From Felis catus (Eukaryota), in the NCBI RefSeq assembly GCF_018350175.1, contig NC_058368.1:166968001-167032000 (forward strand): 64,000 nucleotides of DNA. Direction: 5' to 3'. The first letter of the stretch is position 1. Each line of letters starts with the position of its first letter. Below the pieces are notes generated by a model that was given only the letters and a program-made list of their open reading frames with translations, did not search any database and had not been told where the DNA came from. Both the position numbers and the translations under genes were made by a program. This document shows positions 53,191-64,000 of this stretch, piece after piece.

Positions 53191-56100
53191 TTAAAACAAT
53201 TCTACTTTTAGTAGCAAACAATTGGAAAATAAAACATTAAAGACATTGTTTATAGTAACTAACAGCAAATTTACACATACACACAGGGAGAAATAAATCC
53301 AATGAAAGTTGTGCAAGACTTCAATACTACATCTATAAAACAATGATGACAAAAATAAAGATCAAAATAAATGTAGAGATATGCCATGAATCAAAAGAGT
53401 GAGTATTGTTAAGATGGCAATTCTCCCCAGTTGATCTATAGGTACATTACCATCTCAGTCGGCATCCTAGCAGATATTTTTGCATGATTGACAAGCTGTT
53501 TCTAAAGTACACGGAAATGCAAAGGATCTGGTGGGGAAAAATCAATCTTGAAAAAAAAAAGAACAAATTGGAGGATTTATACAACATAATTTCAATGCTT
53601 ACTAAAACAAAGCTGTAGTGATCAAATCAGTGTGGTATTGGGATAAACAAACAAATAAAAGAAACTGAACACAAATTCCAGGGTAGACCTGGAGTTTAAT
53701 GGGAAAAGAAAGCTTTTTAACAAATTAATGCTGGGAAAAATGTGAAATGATACTAAAGCTAAGCTAAAACTCTCATACCTCTGGGAAGGAAGCAAAAGAA
53801 AATACCTTCAGGACCTTGGCTATAAGTTTTTTACAGAAAATACAGAAAATCCTAACAATAAATGAAGACAATTGGTAAAATGGGATGCACCAACATTTAA
53901 AACTTCCCATCAAAGTAAAAGCCAAGTCACAGGTTAGGAAAAATATTTTCAAAACATGTATTTGGAGAAGGACTTTTATCCAGAATATATAAAGAATTTC
54001 AACAACTTAATAATAACTAAAGACAAAAAAAAAAAAGCCAGCCATCAGGGAAATGCGAATTTAAACCACAGTCAGATAACCCTATGTATATACCAGAATA
54101 GCTATTAAACCACTGAGAACACAAGATTTGTCAAGGATGAAGAGGAATGGAACTCTTTAACATTGTTGGTAGACATGAAAAATGGTGTAACCATGTTGGA
54201 AAACTATTTAGAAGTTTCTTACAAAGTTATACATGCACCTACCCTATGACTCAGTAATTTCATTGCCAGCAACTTACCCCAAAGAAATAAACCTAATATT
54301 CATAATCAACAAGACAGATAAATAATCATAGGATCTTTATTCATAAAAATTCAAATTTGTTCTGTTTTCTTAAATGTCCATCCATAAATTATGGTGTATT
54401 CACAGGACTGCTACTCAGCAATGAGAATGTGCAACTTGGTACTAACAACCACATGAATGAAGCCAGATACAAAGAGCATGTACCATATAACTTTATTTAT
54501 ATAAAGTTATGGGACAGCTAAGTAAACTATGGTGATAAAAATCAAAACAGTGATTGCCTCTTTGGGCTGGTTAGGTTGATTGACTAGGAAAGAGGTAAAA
54601 CAAAATAGAGATTTCCTTGAGTAATGAAAATATTCTGTACCTTGACAGAGATGTGGCTTACATCGTTGTCTGTATTTGCAAAAACTTATTATATTGTATA
54701 CTTAAGTTCTGTGCATTTTGCTTTATGTCAAATATATCTCAATTTTAAAAAAAGAAAAAAAATAAGCTCTGTGAAATATTAGACGTATGATTTTAATAGC
54801 TCACATCTTCTAAATATGTTAAACAAACAAAAAAGAATAGTGAATTTTATTTTCCTCCTCTAGTATGAAATATAATTGATCCTTCAATGAAACTGAGTGA
54901 TCTGCCTCTAAGACTGGAAATTACTGAGAAAAGCTCTAAATTTTCTTAGTTCCTATATATATTTAATGAAATAAGCCTAGCCTAAGTTATCAGGTGAAAT
55001 ACATTTGGATTTGTTCTTAGTCAAACATGGTCAAATTTTCACATTATATTCTAATGCTAAACAAAAGGTTATTTCATTCTCATGCTAAATTTGATGTCAG
55101 GAAAATAGATTTTAATCATTTAAAATACAACTTGTGTACTTCCAAACTTCTTTGGTTTTCTGTTTACAAAGCATTCCTTAAACCTTGACTACATTAACTT
55201 AGCAACATCTTTTGTCTTTCAAATACTCCTTCATATCCTTTAATACTCCTTTAACAAATTGCAATTTCAAGTTTAGCCATCTTTGGACACACAAATATGA
55301 TTAAGTTTCCCTTTGATTATCTACTCAGAAATGTTAATTTGAAACTTCTATTTTGTGGGCTTTCATTCCCAAAGTCAGAGGCCATTTATTCATTCAATGC
55401 TGCTTTCTTTCTATTCCATATTCCAAGGTGTCTGAGGCTGGTGATGAGACCTTTTAATATAGAACTAAGATTTTCCCGTCTGTATAACAGGAACAAATTA
55501 GGGCATTCATCTAAAAAAAGCAAAGTACTTGAATAGTGCAATCTCTGATGAAGAATGGGCAAAAAGGGTACTTGAGTCCTCTAAATTAGAGCATTAGTTA
55601 TTGTCCTTTAGAAAGAAAAAAAATCAGAAGAACATTAGACTGAACTAAATTGAACAGAAAAGCCAATAGTGAAGAATAAACTGAAAGGTGCTCAAATCAG
55701 GAGAGTGAAGGTGAATGCTGAGAACATAACAAGTTTCAAAGGTAGGATGTTAACACCCAGGGATCTGAATCACATGACCCACTGTACTCAGTCATGTCTA
55801 ATCTAAGCTTCAGAGTTGCTCAAGATAGAAAAGCAGTGTTCTCAATTCAGGCTGCAGATGCCCAAGAGAAGCTGTTGATGTCAGATGTTAAAGTGGGAGT
55901 TAGGGCCAAGACCTTAAGCAAAATGAAGTAAAAAGTGAGAAAATTATCTGGATAATTCAAGTTTAAAAGAAGTTTTACATAAGGTGGCTATAAATTCAGG
56001 CAAAGGCGTATTTTTGGCTTATAATTAAAAAAAAAGGAGCTGTCAGCTTTTCCTCTATGAAATGAGGCAGATTAGAGGATTTGTGAGTCCCTTCTAATTA

Positions 56101-57019
56101 CTAGAATCTATGTTTATTGCCTCAATTATCTGAATATTTCAAGCAAAGCTATTTGGGGCTTGGAATATTCATATAATTACCACAATTTTTAATTTAACTT
56201 TGCATGTGTGGACACAATCTTAATGGTGACTTGTATTCCATTTGGGAACTCTTTTTAGTTTGGTGGGAATGCCCCCAGTGAATACTCTCTGTGGAAACCC
56301 GAGGCTATGATGCATTTATAGGGTTGGGCTAGCATGAAAACACAGAGGCTTGAATTCTATATGTTTTCTATGTAATGAAGAGTTAAGAGCTTAGGTGCCA
56401 AGATTTTTATTTTAAAATTCAAATATTTCTCACTTTCTAAAGTACCTACCAAACTGAGGTTTTGAACGTCAAGTAGCTTGGTTGAACAGATAAACAATAG
56501 AAACTTTCCATTTCTGGATGAAATTAAGCCTTTCTTTAATAATTCAGAGAATTATGTATCTCAAATCCAAAACTAACATAGAAGCATAAATATTATGATT
56601 ATGTATTTAATAAAAGTAATTTATTTTCAGAACACTGTAATTCCAGATTAAATACAGAAAACACACAAAACCAAGAAGAGACACCATAAATCTTTTTTTA
56701 GCCAAGTGCATAGTAATCACTACTTTTAAATGTATTTCTTTGTAAAAGCAGAAAAATAAAATCAAAATGAGGTCCCTTAATAAGATGGCTGTATAATTAC
56801 AAGTAGTTCAGAGTGATGCTAGAAGTATCTCTTTCAATTACCAAAGGAAACTTCTTTAAGTTGGGGATTCAACTTTATTCTTCTCTGAATCTCCCATAGC
56901 ACCTTCCTCACAGAAAGTGTTCAATGAATGAGTCCTTATCTGAATAGAAAAGGGAGCATATTCTCACTAGCAAAAGAGACACTTAGCAGGTTGTTCAAAC
57001 ATACTCTCCAAGGAATAAC

Positions 57020-57155
57020 AGAGTTCACATTAACGATTCAGACTCCAGGGTCCTCCCCAGACCGTCTGAATCAGAACTTGCAGAAAGGAGCCAAGGAATC
57101 CATTTAAAAAGCACTCTCTATGATTCTTATGATCAAGCAAGTTAGAAATAGTGCA
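57020..57155. mobile_element. MER5A-like fragment
   Basis: ctccccagaccgtctgaatcagaacttgcag...gagccaaggaatccattt...atgattcttatg. Confidence 0.65.
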
Positions 57156-58520
57156 GTGTGAGATTAAACTGGAGACATACAAAAGAGGGTTCTGCCAAAT
57201 TTCAAGGTCTTGGCTTGACAATTTCACTTGTTAAGGTCTCCATAATTTGGTATTGGCTTAACTTGCCACATTATCTCCCTTGATTCTCTGACATTTTGTA
57301 AAAGTCAGGCTGGTCTACTCACGGAAAGCCTAGTGGGTAGGAGTATGGCATAACCATAAATATACTGGGGTTTGAACATGCTGGTTTATTCTAGTGAGTC
57401 TGGCATCATTGTAACCTAGCTTGTTTCTATACACATGGGTTTGGTTCTGGTTAATAGCTAGGTCATCCACCCTGCACTTGATGCTATAACTGGGTGAAAA
57501 CATCCTGGTTCTCATTGCAACGAAGACAACTAATCTAGACTTGCCCTGCTGCCTGAAGTCAAGCCAACTGCTGACTGTCCCTCCACTTCATTTCTTCCTC
57601 CTGATGTGAGGCATAACTGCATCACACACTTAGAATGGTGAATGCTTACTCTGCCAATGGTCATATTAAGTGACAACCTTCTAGTTTTCCTGAAATTGTA
57701 AATATGATACAAATAAAGGACCTCATTGTTATCTCCCAGTTCTACAGAGACATGTCACCTTAGCACTATAGCACCAATTTCTGACTTCCTACCCTTGGCA
57801 CCATTCAGATGCCTGGATGCCAGACTCAGGATGACCATGTAGCTGTGACACAAAAAGCATTAATTGCTCCAAGAAACCCCAAAATCCCCAAGGCCACAGC
57901 CGGTATCTTTAATTTATGTAATGGATATGACATGTCTCCCATAATATTTTGTACTTTAACTGATGTGACTTCTTATTTAAGTCTCACAATATTGGAATTA
58001 CTAATGTCTGCCATGAACAGAAAATTTCAACCCAGATGGCTCTGAAAAAGAAATCCAGCACGAAAACCACACATCTAATCACATACCAACTGGACAAAAG
58101 TTAAGACAAAACTTTTATTTGAATAGATAACCCTTTGTGAGTCATAAGCAGATATGTTTGGGCAAGAAAGTAATTAAACTTCCCTGAGATCCAGTAAAAT
58201 GAGAATAATAATACTAACATGGTTGTTTTGAATATAGTCCTTGGAGTAGATATTAGCACATATTAGGAAATCTGTAATTGTTAGTGTTTTTCTTTCTTTT
58301 CCTACATTTCCTGAATATGCCTTTCTTATTTCCCATTTTTGAAGATTTTCTCATACTAAGCTCACTTCCATCAAGCCTATTCAATCAATTCAGCCCTCAA
58401 GATCCAATTAAAATCCCATAGCACAACCCCTCTGCATTTTTCTACTCACCCTGTGCCACAAGAATCTTTTAATATGCTAGAATTCATATAATGTTAATGT
58501 TAGAAAATAAATTAGACTTT

Positions 58521-58935
58521 GGGGTGCCTAGGTGGCCGAGTCAGTTAAGCATCTGACTTTTGGCTCAGGTTGTGATCTCACAGTTCGTGGGTTTGAGCCC
58601 ACATCAGGTTCTGTGCTGACAGCTCAGAGCCTGGAGTCTGCTTTGGATTTTGTGTCTCCCCCTCTCTCTGACCCTCTCCCACTCACACTCCCCCACTCAC
58701 ACCCACCCCCACTCACACTGAGCCTGGGTGGCTCGGTCAGTTAAGCATGCAGCTTAGGCTCAGGTCATAATCTTGCAGTTCGTGGGTTCAGGCCGCACAT
58801 GGGGCTCTGTGCCGACAGCCCAGAGCCTGGATTCTGCTTCAGATTCTGTCTCCCTCTCTCTCTGCCCGTTCCCACGCTCTCTCTCAAAAATAATAAACGT
58901 TAAAAAAAATTAAAAATAAATAAATAAATAGAAAA
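58521..58935 (+). mobile_element. Dimeric/composite Can-SINE under one TSD
   Basis: tail-less first monomer 58521-58720, second monomer 58721-58935; TSD aaaataaattag(a/g)cttt at 58504 and 58936. Confidence 0.85.
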
Positions 58936-59269
58936 AAAATAAATTAGGCTTTAATCAAATATTGATGTACATTTTTTCTCCAACATATTGCATGTATACA
59001 TTTATTTGACTGATTGAGCTTATAAGGGAAGGGGCAATACCATATGCTTCTGGATATCACCCAAAGGCAGTTACTGTGAGGTATGCAAAGCAGGAAAATG
59101 AAATAAGAAGTAAACACTGTTACCCTTCCCCCTTCTTACTAGGAATGGAAACATGGTTGGAAAAGAGGAATTTCTTTTTATCCGACTCAGATACTTCCTT
59201 GTGAATGTACCAAAGAGCAGCTCTAAATTCTTTAGCATCATTGTCAACATTGAAAAGATCACCGTGTGC

Positions 59270-59479
59270 TTTTTTTTTTAAATTTTTTTAACGTTTATTT
59301 ATTTTTGAGACAGAGCATGAATGGGGGAGGGTCAGAGAGAGGGAGACACAGAATCTGAAACAGGCTCCAGGCTCTGAGCCCTCTGCACAGAGCCCGACGC
59401 GGGGCTCGAACTCACGGACCACGAGATAGTGACCTGAGCGAAGTCTGCCGCTCAACCGACTGAGCCACCCAGGCGCCCC
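59270..59479 (-). mobile_element. Young felid Can-SINE (left arm of inverted pair)
   Basis: full antisense SINE; TSD core gtgtgctttt at 59264 and 59484. Confidence 0.96.
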
Positions 59480-59725
59480 TATGGTGTGCTTTTAAAAATT
59501 ATGGGGAGCCACCCAGGCGCCCCTATGGTGTGCTTTTAAAAATTATGGGGAGCCACCCAGGCGCCCCTATGGTGTGCTTTTAAAAATTATGGGGAGCCAC
59601 CCAGGCGCCCCTATGGTGTGCTTTTAAAAATTATGGGGAGCCACCCAGGCGCCCCTATGGTGTGCTTTTAAAAATTATGGGGAGCCACCCAGGCGCCCCT
59701 ATGGTGTGCTTTTAAAAATTATGGG
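59462..59725. repeat. Perfect 44-bp tandem repeat, six copies (minisatellite)
   Basis: unit gagccacccaggcgcccctatggtgtgcttttaaaaattatggg starts at 59462, 59506, 59550, 59594, 59638 and 59682, all identical. Confidence 0.97.
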
Positions 59726-59948
59726 GCGCTTGGGTGGCTCAGTCGGTTGAGCGGCCGACTTCGGCTCAGGTCACGATCTCGCGGTCCGTGAGTTCGAGCC
59801 CCGCGTCGGGCTCTGTGCAGACGGCTCAGAGCCTGGAGCCTGTTTCAGATTCTGTGTCTCCCTCTCTCTGACCCTCCCCCGTTCATGCTCTGTCTCAAAA
59901 ATAAATAAACGTTAAAAAAATTAAAAAAAAAAAAAAGAGAAAAAAAAA
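59723..59948 (+). mobile_element. Young felid Can-SINE (right arm of inverted pair)
   Basis: full sense SINE; TSD core aaaaatta before the head and after the tail. Confidence 0.96.
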
Positions 59949-59959
59949 TTAGCACTAGA

Positions 59960-60490
59960 CTGCTGGTAGGAGTAGAGGCTGATGCACCCTTCCAATAGGG
60001 AAATGAAGCAATGTATACAAAAAGTTTTATATGTGTACATCTTCTTTGATCCAGCAATCTCTTGAGAAATTTCTTGAGTAAATTTCTTGAGAAATTTACC
60101 CAAAGGAAAAATAACATCTGTGTTTAAAAAACAATGTCCATGACAGTTTCATTTAAAATGGGAAAAATATGGAGAGAGCCTAAAATATCCTCAATATGGA
60201 ATTAGTTAAATGAAATACCATGCCTCCATTTAAAATAATGTCAAAAAAGAAATACTCAATGACATAGAAAATATTTATAGTATGTAATTAGTGTAATAGC
60301 CAGGTTATGTTAAAATACTATATGATTCTCTAAATTTTTGTAAAAATATAAATTTATCCCTGTTCATGGGAAGTAGATGGAATGGCTATCTGAAGATGAC
60401 AACCACTGGTTTGAATAATTATGGATGGAAATTTCTTCTTTGTGATATTCTGCATATTTCAAAATTCTACATATTTTTACTTGTTATATT
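59960..60490 (+). mobile_element. Old L1M 3' fragment
   Basis: ctttgatccagcaatctcttgag...gcctaaaatatcctcaatatggaattagttaaatgaa. Confidence 0.6.
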
Positions 60491-60513
60491 GACATCAAGA
60501 TATCTTAAAAATA

Positions 60514-60725
60514 GGGGAGCCTGGGTGGCTCAGTCGGTTAAGCATCTGACTTCAGGTCAGGTCATGATCTCACAGTCCATGAGTTTGAGCTCCGCATCAG
60601 GCTCTGTGCTGACAGCTCAGAGCCTGGAGCCTGCTTTGGATTCTGTGTCTCCCTCCCTCTCTGCCCCTCCCCTGCTCATGCTCTGTCTCTGTCTCAAAAA
60701 GAAATAAAAACATTAAAAAAAATTT
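60514..60725 (+). mobile_element. Can-SINE
   Basis: TSD aagatat(c/t)ttaaaaata. Confidence 0.95.
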
Positions 60726-62399
60726 TTTAAGATATTTTAAAAATAAATTTCAGTGAAGAAAATATGTCAACTATAGAAGTAAACCCTTTCTATATCTCTA
60801 GTTCCATAGCTCTCTCATTAGCAATATTATTTGGCATGATCAAAATAGTGAAATAAAATTGACACAATTCAGATATTGAATTGATTTAAATGTAATTTTA
60901 AAATGTTTCAATAATGGCATTAGTCTCCTTTAATGGAATCATTTAACATATGTCTAGAAAAAGTGACAGAAAAGAGAAAAATTAAAGTTAAATCAAGAAA
61001 TATATAAAAAAGTTCCAAAAGAAGAGTACGGTATTTCTCTATCTAAACTGTTACTTGGGAAATTAAAGACTGAAGATTCCCACATGGGAATTGATTTAAG
61101 ATAGTAGAAAGTCATAGCATTGTGATTAACATACTGTCAGCCCTTTTTTCCTGTTCTGTTGATACTCTTAGTTTTATGAGCTAGATAGATAAAAAGTCAA
61201 AGCAAATAGGATGAGACACATTAGTAGACACAATAAAAAATGTAGTTTATGTTAATATTTACATCAATCCACTTGTCTTAACACATTAATGAAATGAAAG
61301 CATATAACAAATAGAAAAAATGTATTTTATTTCTTTAATACCTAGTTGTGTGGTCTATTCTTCTTGAAAGTCTAATAAATTCTAATCGTTGACTTTGAAC
61401 ACACAATGTCTCCCATTTTTTATAGGGGAAAGCAGTGGAGCCAAGGTTGCCTAAACAGATAGGTAGAGGCTGCTACACAGTGGAGTTTTTATTGGTGTTG
61501 CAAAAAAAACCAGAAGCCTAGAAAGATCAAGCCAACAGAAAACTGACTATGAATATACAGCCATAGGGCTTCAATGATTAGGAAAGAAGCTCAAACAGAG
61601 AGGCAAATGTATTCTTCTGAGAGAACTCACACTCTCTCCAGATGTTGCTGAGTCATAGAACTGGCGTGCAGTTCTATGAATATCTGAGGTCATTCTAACA
61701 AGATCCTGGAGGACATTACAGTGATCCACGAAGAATCCAGACAGTCTCTTTTGGTACATTTACCAGGCATGGATGTACTCTTCCAAAAGCAAGAATAAAT
61801 AAAGAGAAATTAAATTCACCCACAAATGAGTGAAAATTTTTATACAAATAAAAAACATAGGAAAAAAGGGGGAAAGTATAGCACTAACAAGAAAGAGAAT
61901 CTCCTTTTAGAAAATATTTACTAAGGAAGCAAATTTCAGATAGCATCTGTTCAGGCTCTTTTAAATTCAAGAAAATATTTGCTCTCTGAAACAAAGACGA
62001 ACTATAAAATATGAAAAGACAACTAGCTGAAGGGCAAAGGAATTTTTTGAACAAAACTGAATGAAATGTGGTAATAACATAAGAAAACTAATGATGCCAA
62101 GCAGAATTAAAAATTGCAAAAGTTATTGAAAGAGAAAAGTGAATTGAATTGAACAAAACTTAAGAGTGTAAAAGAAACCTTATTAATTTATCAGTTACAT
62201 TTTTTGTGCCAGGCAATATATTATATGACTTCCCTGTATGAATTATCCTGTTAATATTGACAACTTTAAAGGAAAGTACTATTATTATGTCTAATAATAA
62301 TGATAAAAACCAAAGCTTAGGAAAAAATGCCAGAACATATAATAGTCTGGCATTTACAGAGTTTTTCCTTCTACTAATACATAGAAATGCCTAATAGAA

Positions 62400-62612
62400 G
62401 GGGCACCTGGGTAGCTCAGTCGGTTAAGAAGCCAACTTTGGCTCAGGTCATGATCTCACAGTCTATGATTTCAAGTCCCAGATCGGGCTCTGTGCTGACA
62501 GATCCAAGCCTGGAGCTACTTCAGATTCTGCATCTCCCTATCTCTCTCTCCCACTGCCCCGCTCTCGCGTGCTCGCTCTCTCAAAAATAAATAAACATTA
62601 TTTTTAAAAAAA
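62400..62612 (+). mobile_element. Can-SINE
   Basis: TSD gaaat(gc/ac)(c/t)taatagaa on both sides. Confidence 0.94.
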
Positions 62613-63348
62613 GGAAATACTTAATAGAAAAGAAACTTTTGAAAGAAATAAAGGTAAATACCTAGGAGTCAGCAATGAGAACAGAAATAAGGTAGAAGAT
62701 GTATTATGTGATAATGCCACAGGAGTCTAAGTGAGTCTCCACACAGACAGTAGGCTGAGCACTGGTATCTTGAGATCCAACAACCAATCAAAGGACAGGA
62801 GACATAGACTGTGGAAGTATGTATCAAGGTGCTGTGATTAAGTATCATATACAAAGCATAGTACTGTATTGACCAACCTAGGGAAAATGTTCTGGAAGTT
62901 GGCAAGACTATGTATGGAAAGTAAAAACAAATAAACAAACAAAACCTCTAAGAAATATAACCCATAGAAAGGCCAAATGTGACTGTGGGATCTGTACTGT
63001 ACAGAACTACAACATAAGAAATTATGATAAAAATTTGATTGGGACTTTTGAATACCATAAATCTCCATCAGTATCCAATAAAAAAACTTCTCTGTGAGGC
63101 CATCTTATACTCACGCCTCACAAGATAACTCTACATGTTCACCAGAAAAAATACAGGATTCCTAGTTTTATATGTGAATTTTAAATGAACAATGGGTAAA
63201 TATATTCTGAATATTGCATGTTAAAACAGAAAACCAAGATAAAGACAAATTTATATGTGACATACTTATACTTTATCTGGGCTTTTGGTTTAGCATTTGC
63301 TAAATGTTAGAAACCTATCAAAGGTGGGAAACATTCTGAAAATAGTTC

Positions 63349-63356
63349 TCTCTCTG

Positions 63357-63412
<56 letters not shown>
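63349..63412. repeat. (TC)n(CA)n compound microsatellite
   Basis: seen directly. Confidence 0.95.
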
Positions 63413-63415
<3 letters not shown>

Positions 63416-63479
63416 GAGAAAGAAAAACAAACCACATGATACAGCTGAACATAAACAAGGGGAAAAGCACAGAGAAAAC

Positions 63480-63950
63480 CCAAATTGCCAGTATTAAAAT
63501 GAATGAGTAATAATGACATATTATAGTTTTATGCAAATTAAATTAAAAACTTAGATGAAATAAATCATGTTCTGCTAGAAACAATTTACCAAATTGACAT
63601 CAAAGGAAATGAAAAGTATGAATATCCTTATACTAATTAAAGAAATTCAATTTGTAATTTAAAAAAAACTTTCCTAAAAGTAAACTTCAAGCCCAAATAA
63701 TTTCATTGATAACTTCTTTATTAAGAATAATCAAAGAATTATGAGAAAGAAATTGTTCTCAACATGTTCTAGTCCTGATATCGACAGCTAACATGTACAT
63801 TACAAGAAAAGAAAGTTAAATGCTCAGCAGTGGTTTACAAAATCAATCAAGAAATAGATAAGTGATAATATAATAAGAGTGGGATTTACCCCTGGAATGA
63901 AGATTGGTTCAACCTTTGAAAATCAATGTAATTCTTCATTATTTAAGAAA
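63480..63950 (+). mobile_element. Old L1 ORF2 fragment
   Basis: aaacttagatgaaataaa...ttaccaaattgacatcaa...gtgggatttacccctggaatgaagattggttcaac. Confidence 0.75.
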
Positions 63951-63953
63951 ATA

Positions 63954-64000
63954 GGGGCGCCTGGGTGCCTCAGTGGGTTAAGTGGCCGACTTCGGCTCAG
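63954..64000 (+). mobile_element. Can-SINE 5' end, running off the window edge
   Basis: ggggcgcctgggtgcctcagtgggttaagtggccgacttcggctcag. Confidence 0.92.

Larger units (their letters stand above)
51815..54750 (+). mobile_element. Old degraded LINE-1 (L1M) ORF2 through 3'UTR, interrupted by two SINEs
   Basis: tttatgccaacaaatttg, cagcaacatgtaaaaaggat, gaagtaaaattctcttcgttcagagaca, cctaccctatgactcagtaatttca; 3'UTR ending tatatctcaattttaaaaaaa. Confidence 0.88.

Noticed and set aside
59462..59725. CRISPR array interpretation of the regular repeats
   Set aside because: All 44-bp units are identical with no unique spacers, they derive from adjacent SINE and TSD sequence, there are no cas genes, and the DNA is mammalian.
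60060..60098. Three copies of cttgag(t)aaattt
   Set aside because: A trivial short slippage duplication inside an old L1 fragment.
14516..62590. Recurring ORFs such as AQSVKPPTSAQVMIS...LEPASDSVS
   Set aside because: These are translations of Can-SINE copies, not genes.
14281..64000. tRNA genes (A-box/B-box-like motifs tggctcagtcgg and gttcgagccc)
   Set aside because: These are the tRNA-derived heads of Can-SINEs, followed by CT tracts, A-tails and TSDs.

Overview
AT-rich mammalian genomic DNA, almost certainly felid. The tRNA-derived Can-SINEs carry felid-type (SINEC_Fc-like) features and the young LINE-1 3' ends are carnivore-type. The window reads as intronic or intergenic: about 24 Can-SINEs, young and old L1 fragments, MaLR/ERV LTRs, L2, MIR, hAT/Tigger MITEs and microsatellites. 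I cannot name any protein-coding gene. The only ORF with recognisable homology is the L1 ORF2 C-terminus (7202-7645, minus), and most other listed ORFs are repeat read-through or chance. The most unusual structure is at 59.27-59.95 kb. Two near-identical head-to-head Can-SINEs share one TTTT/AAAAA target site, and their original 23-bp loop has been expanded by six perfect 44-bp tandem copies built from the SINE head plus both target-site duplications (TSDs). The same opposite-strand reuse of one site appears at 14.0-14.7 kb, where a twin-primed L1 abuts two tandem SINEs. A few splice-site-bounded candidate exons are reported at low confidence. Repeat subfamily names come from memory of consensus sequences, not from a database search, and old-repeat boundaries are approximate.
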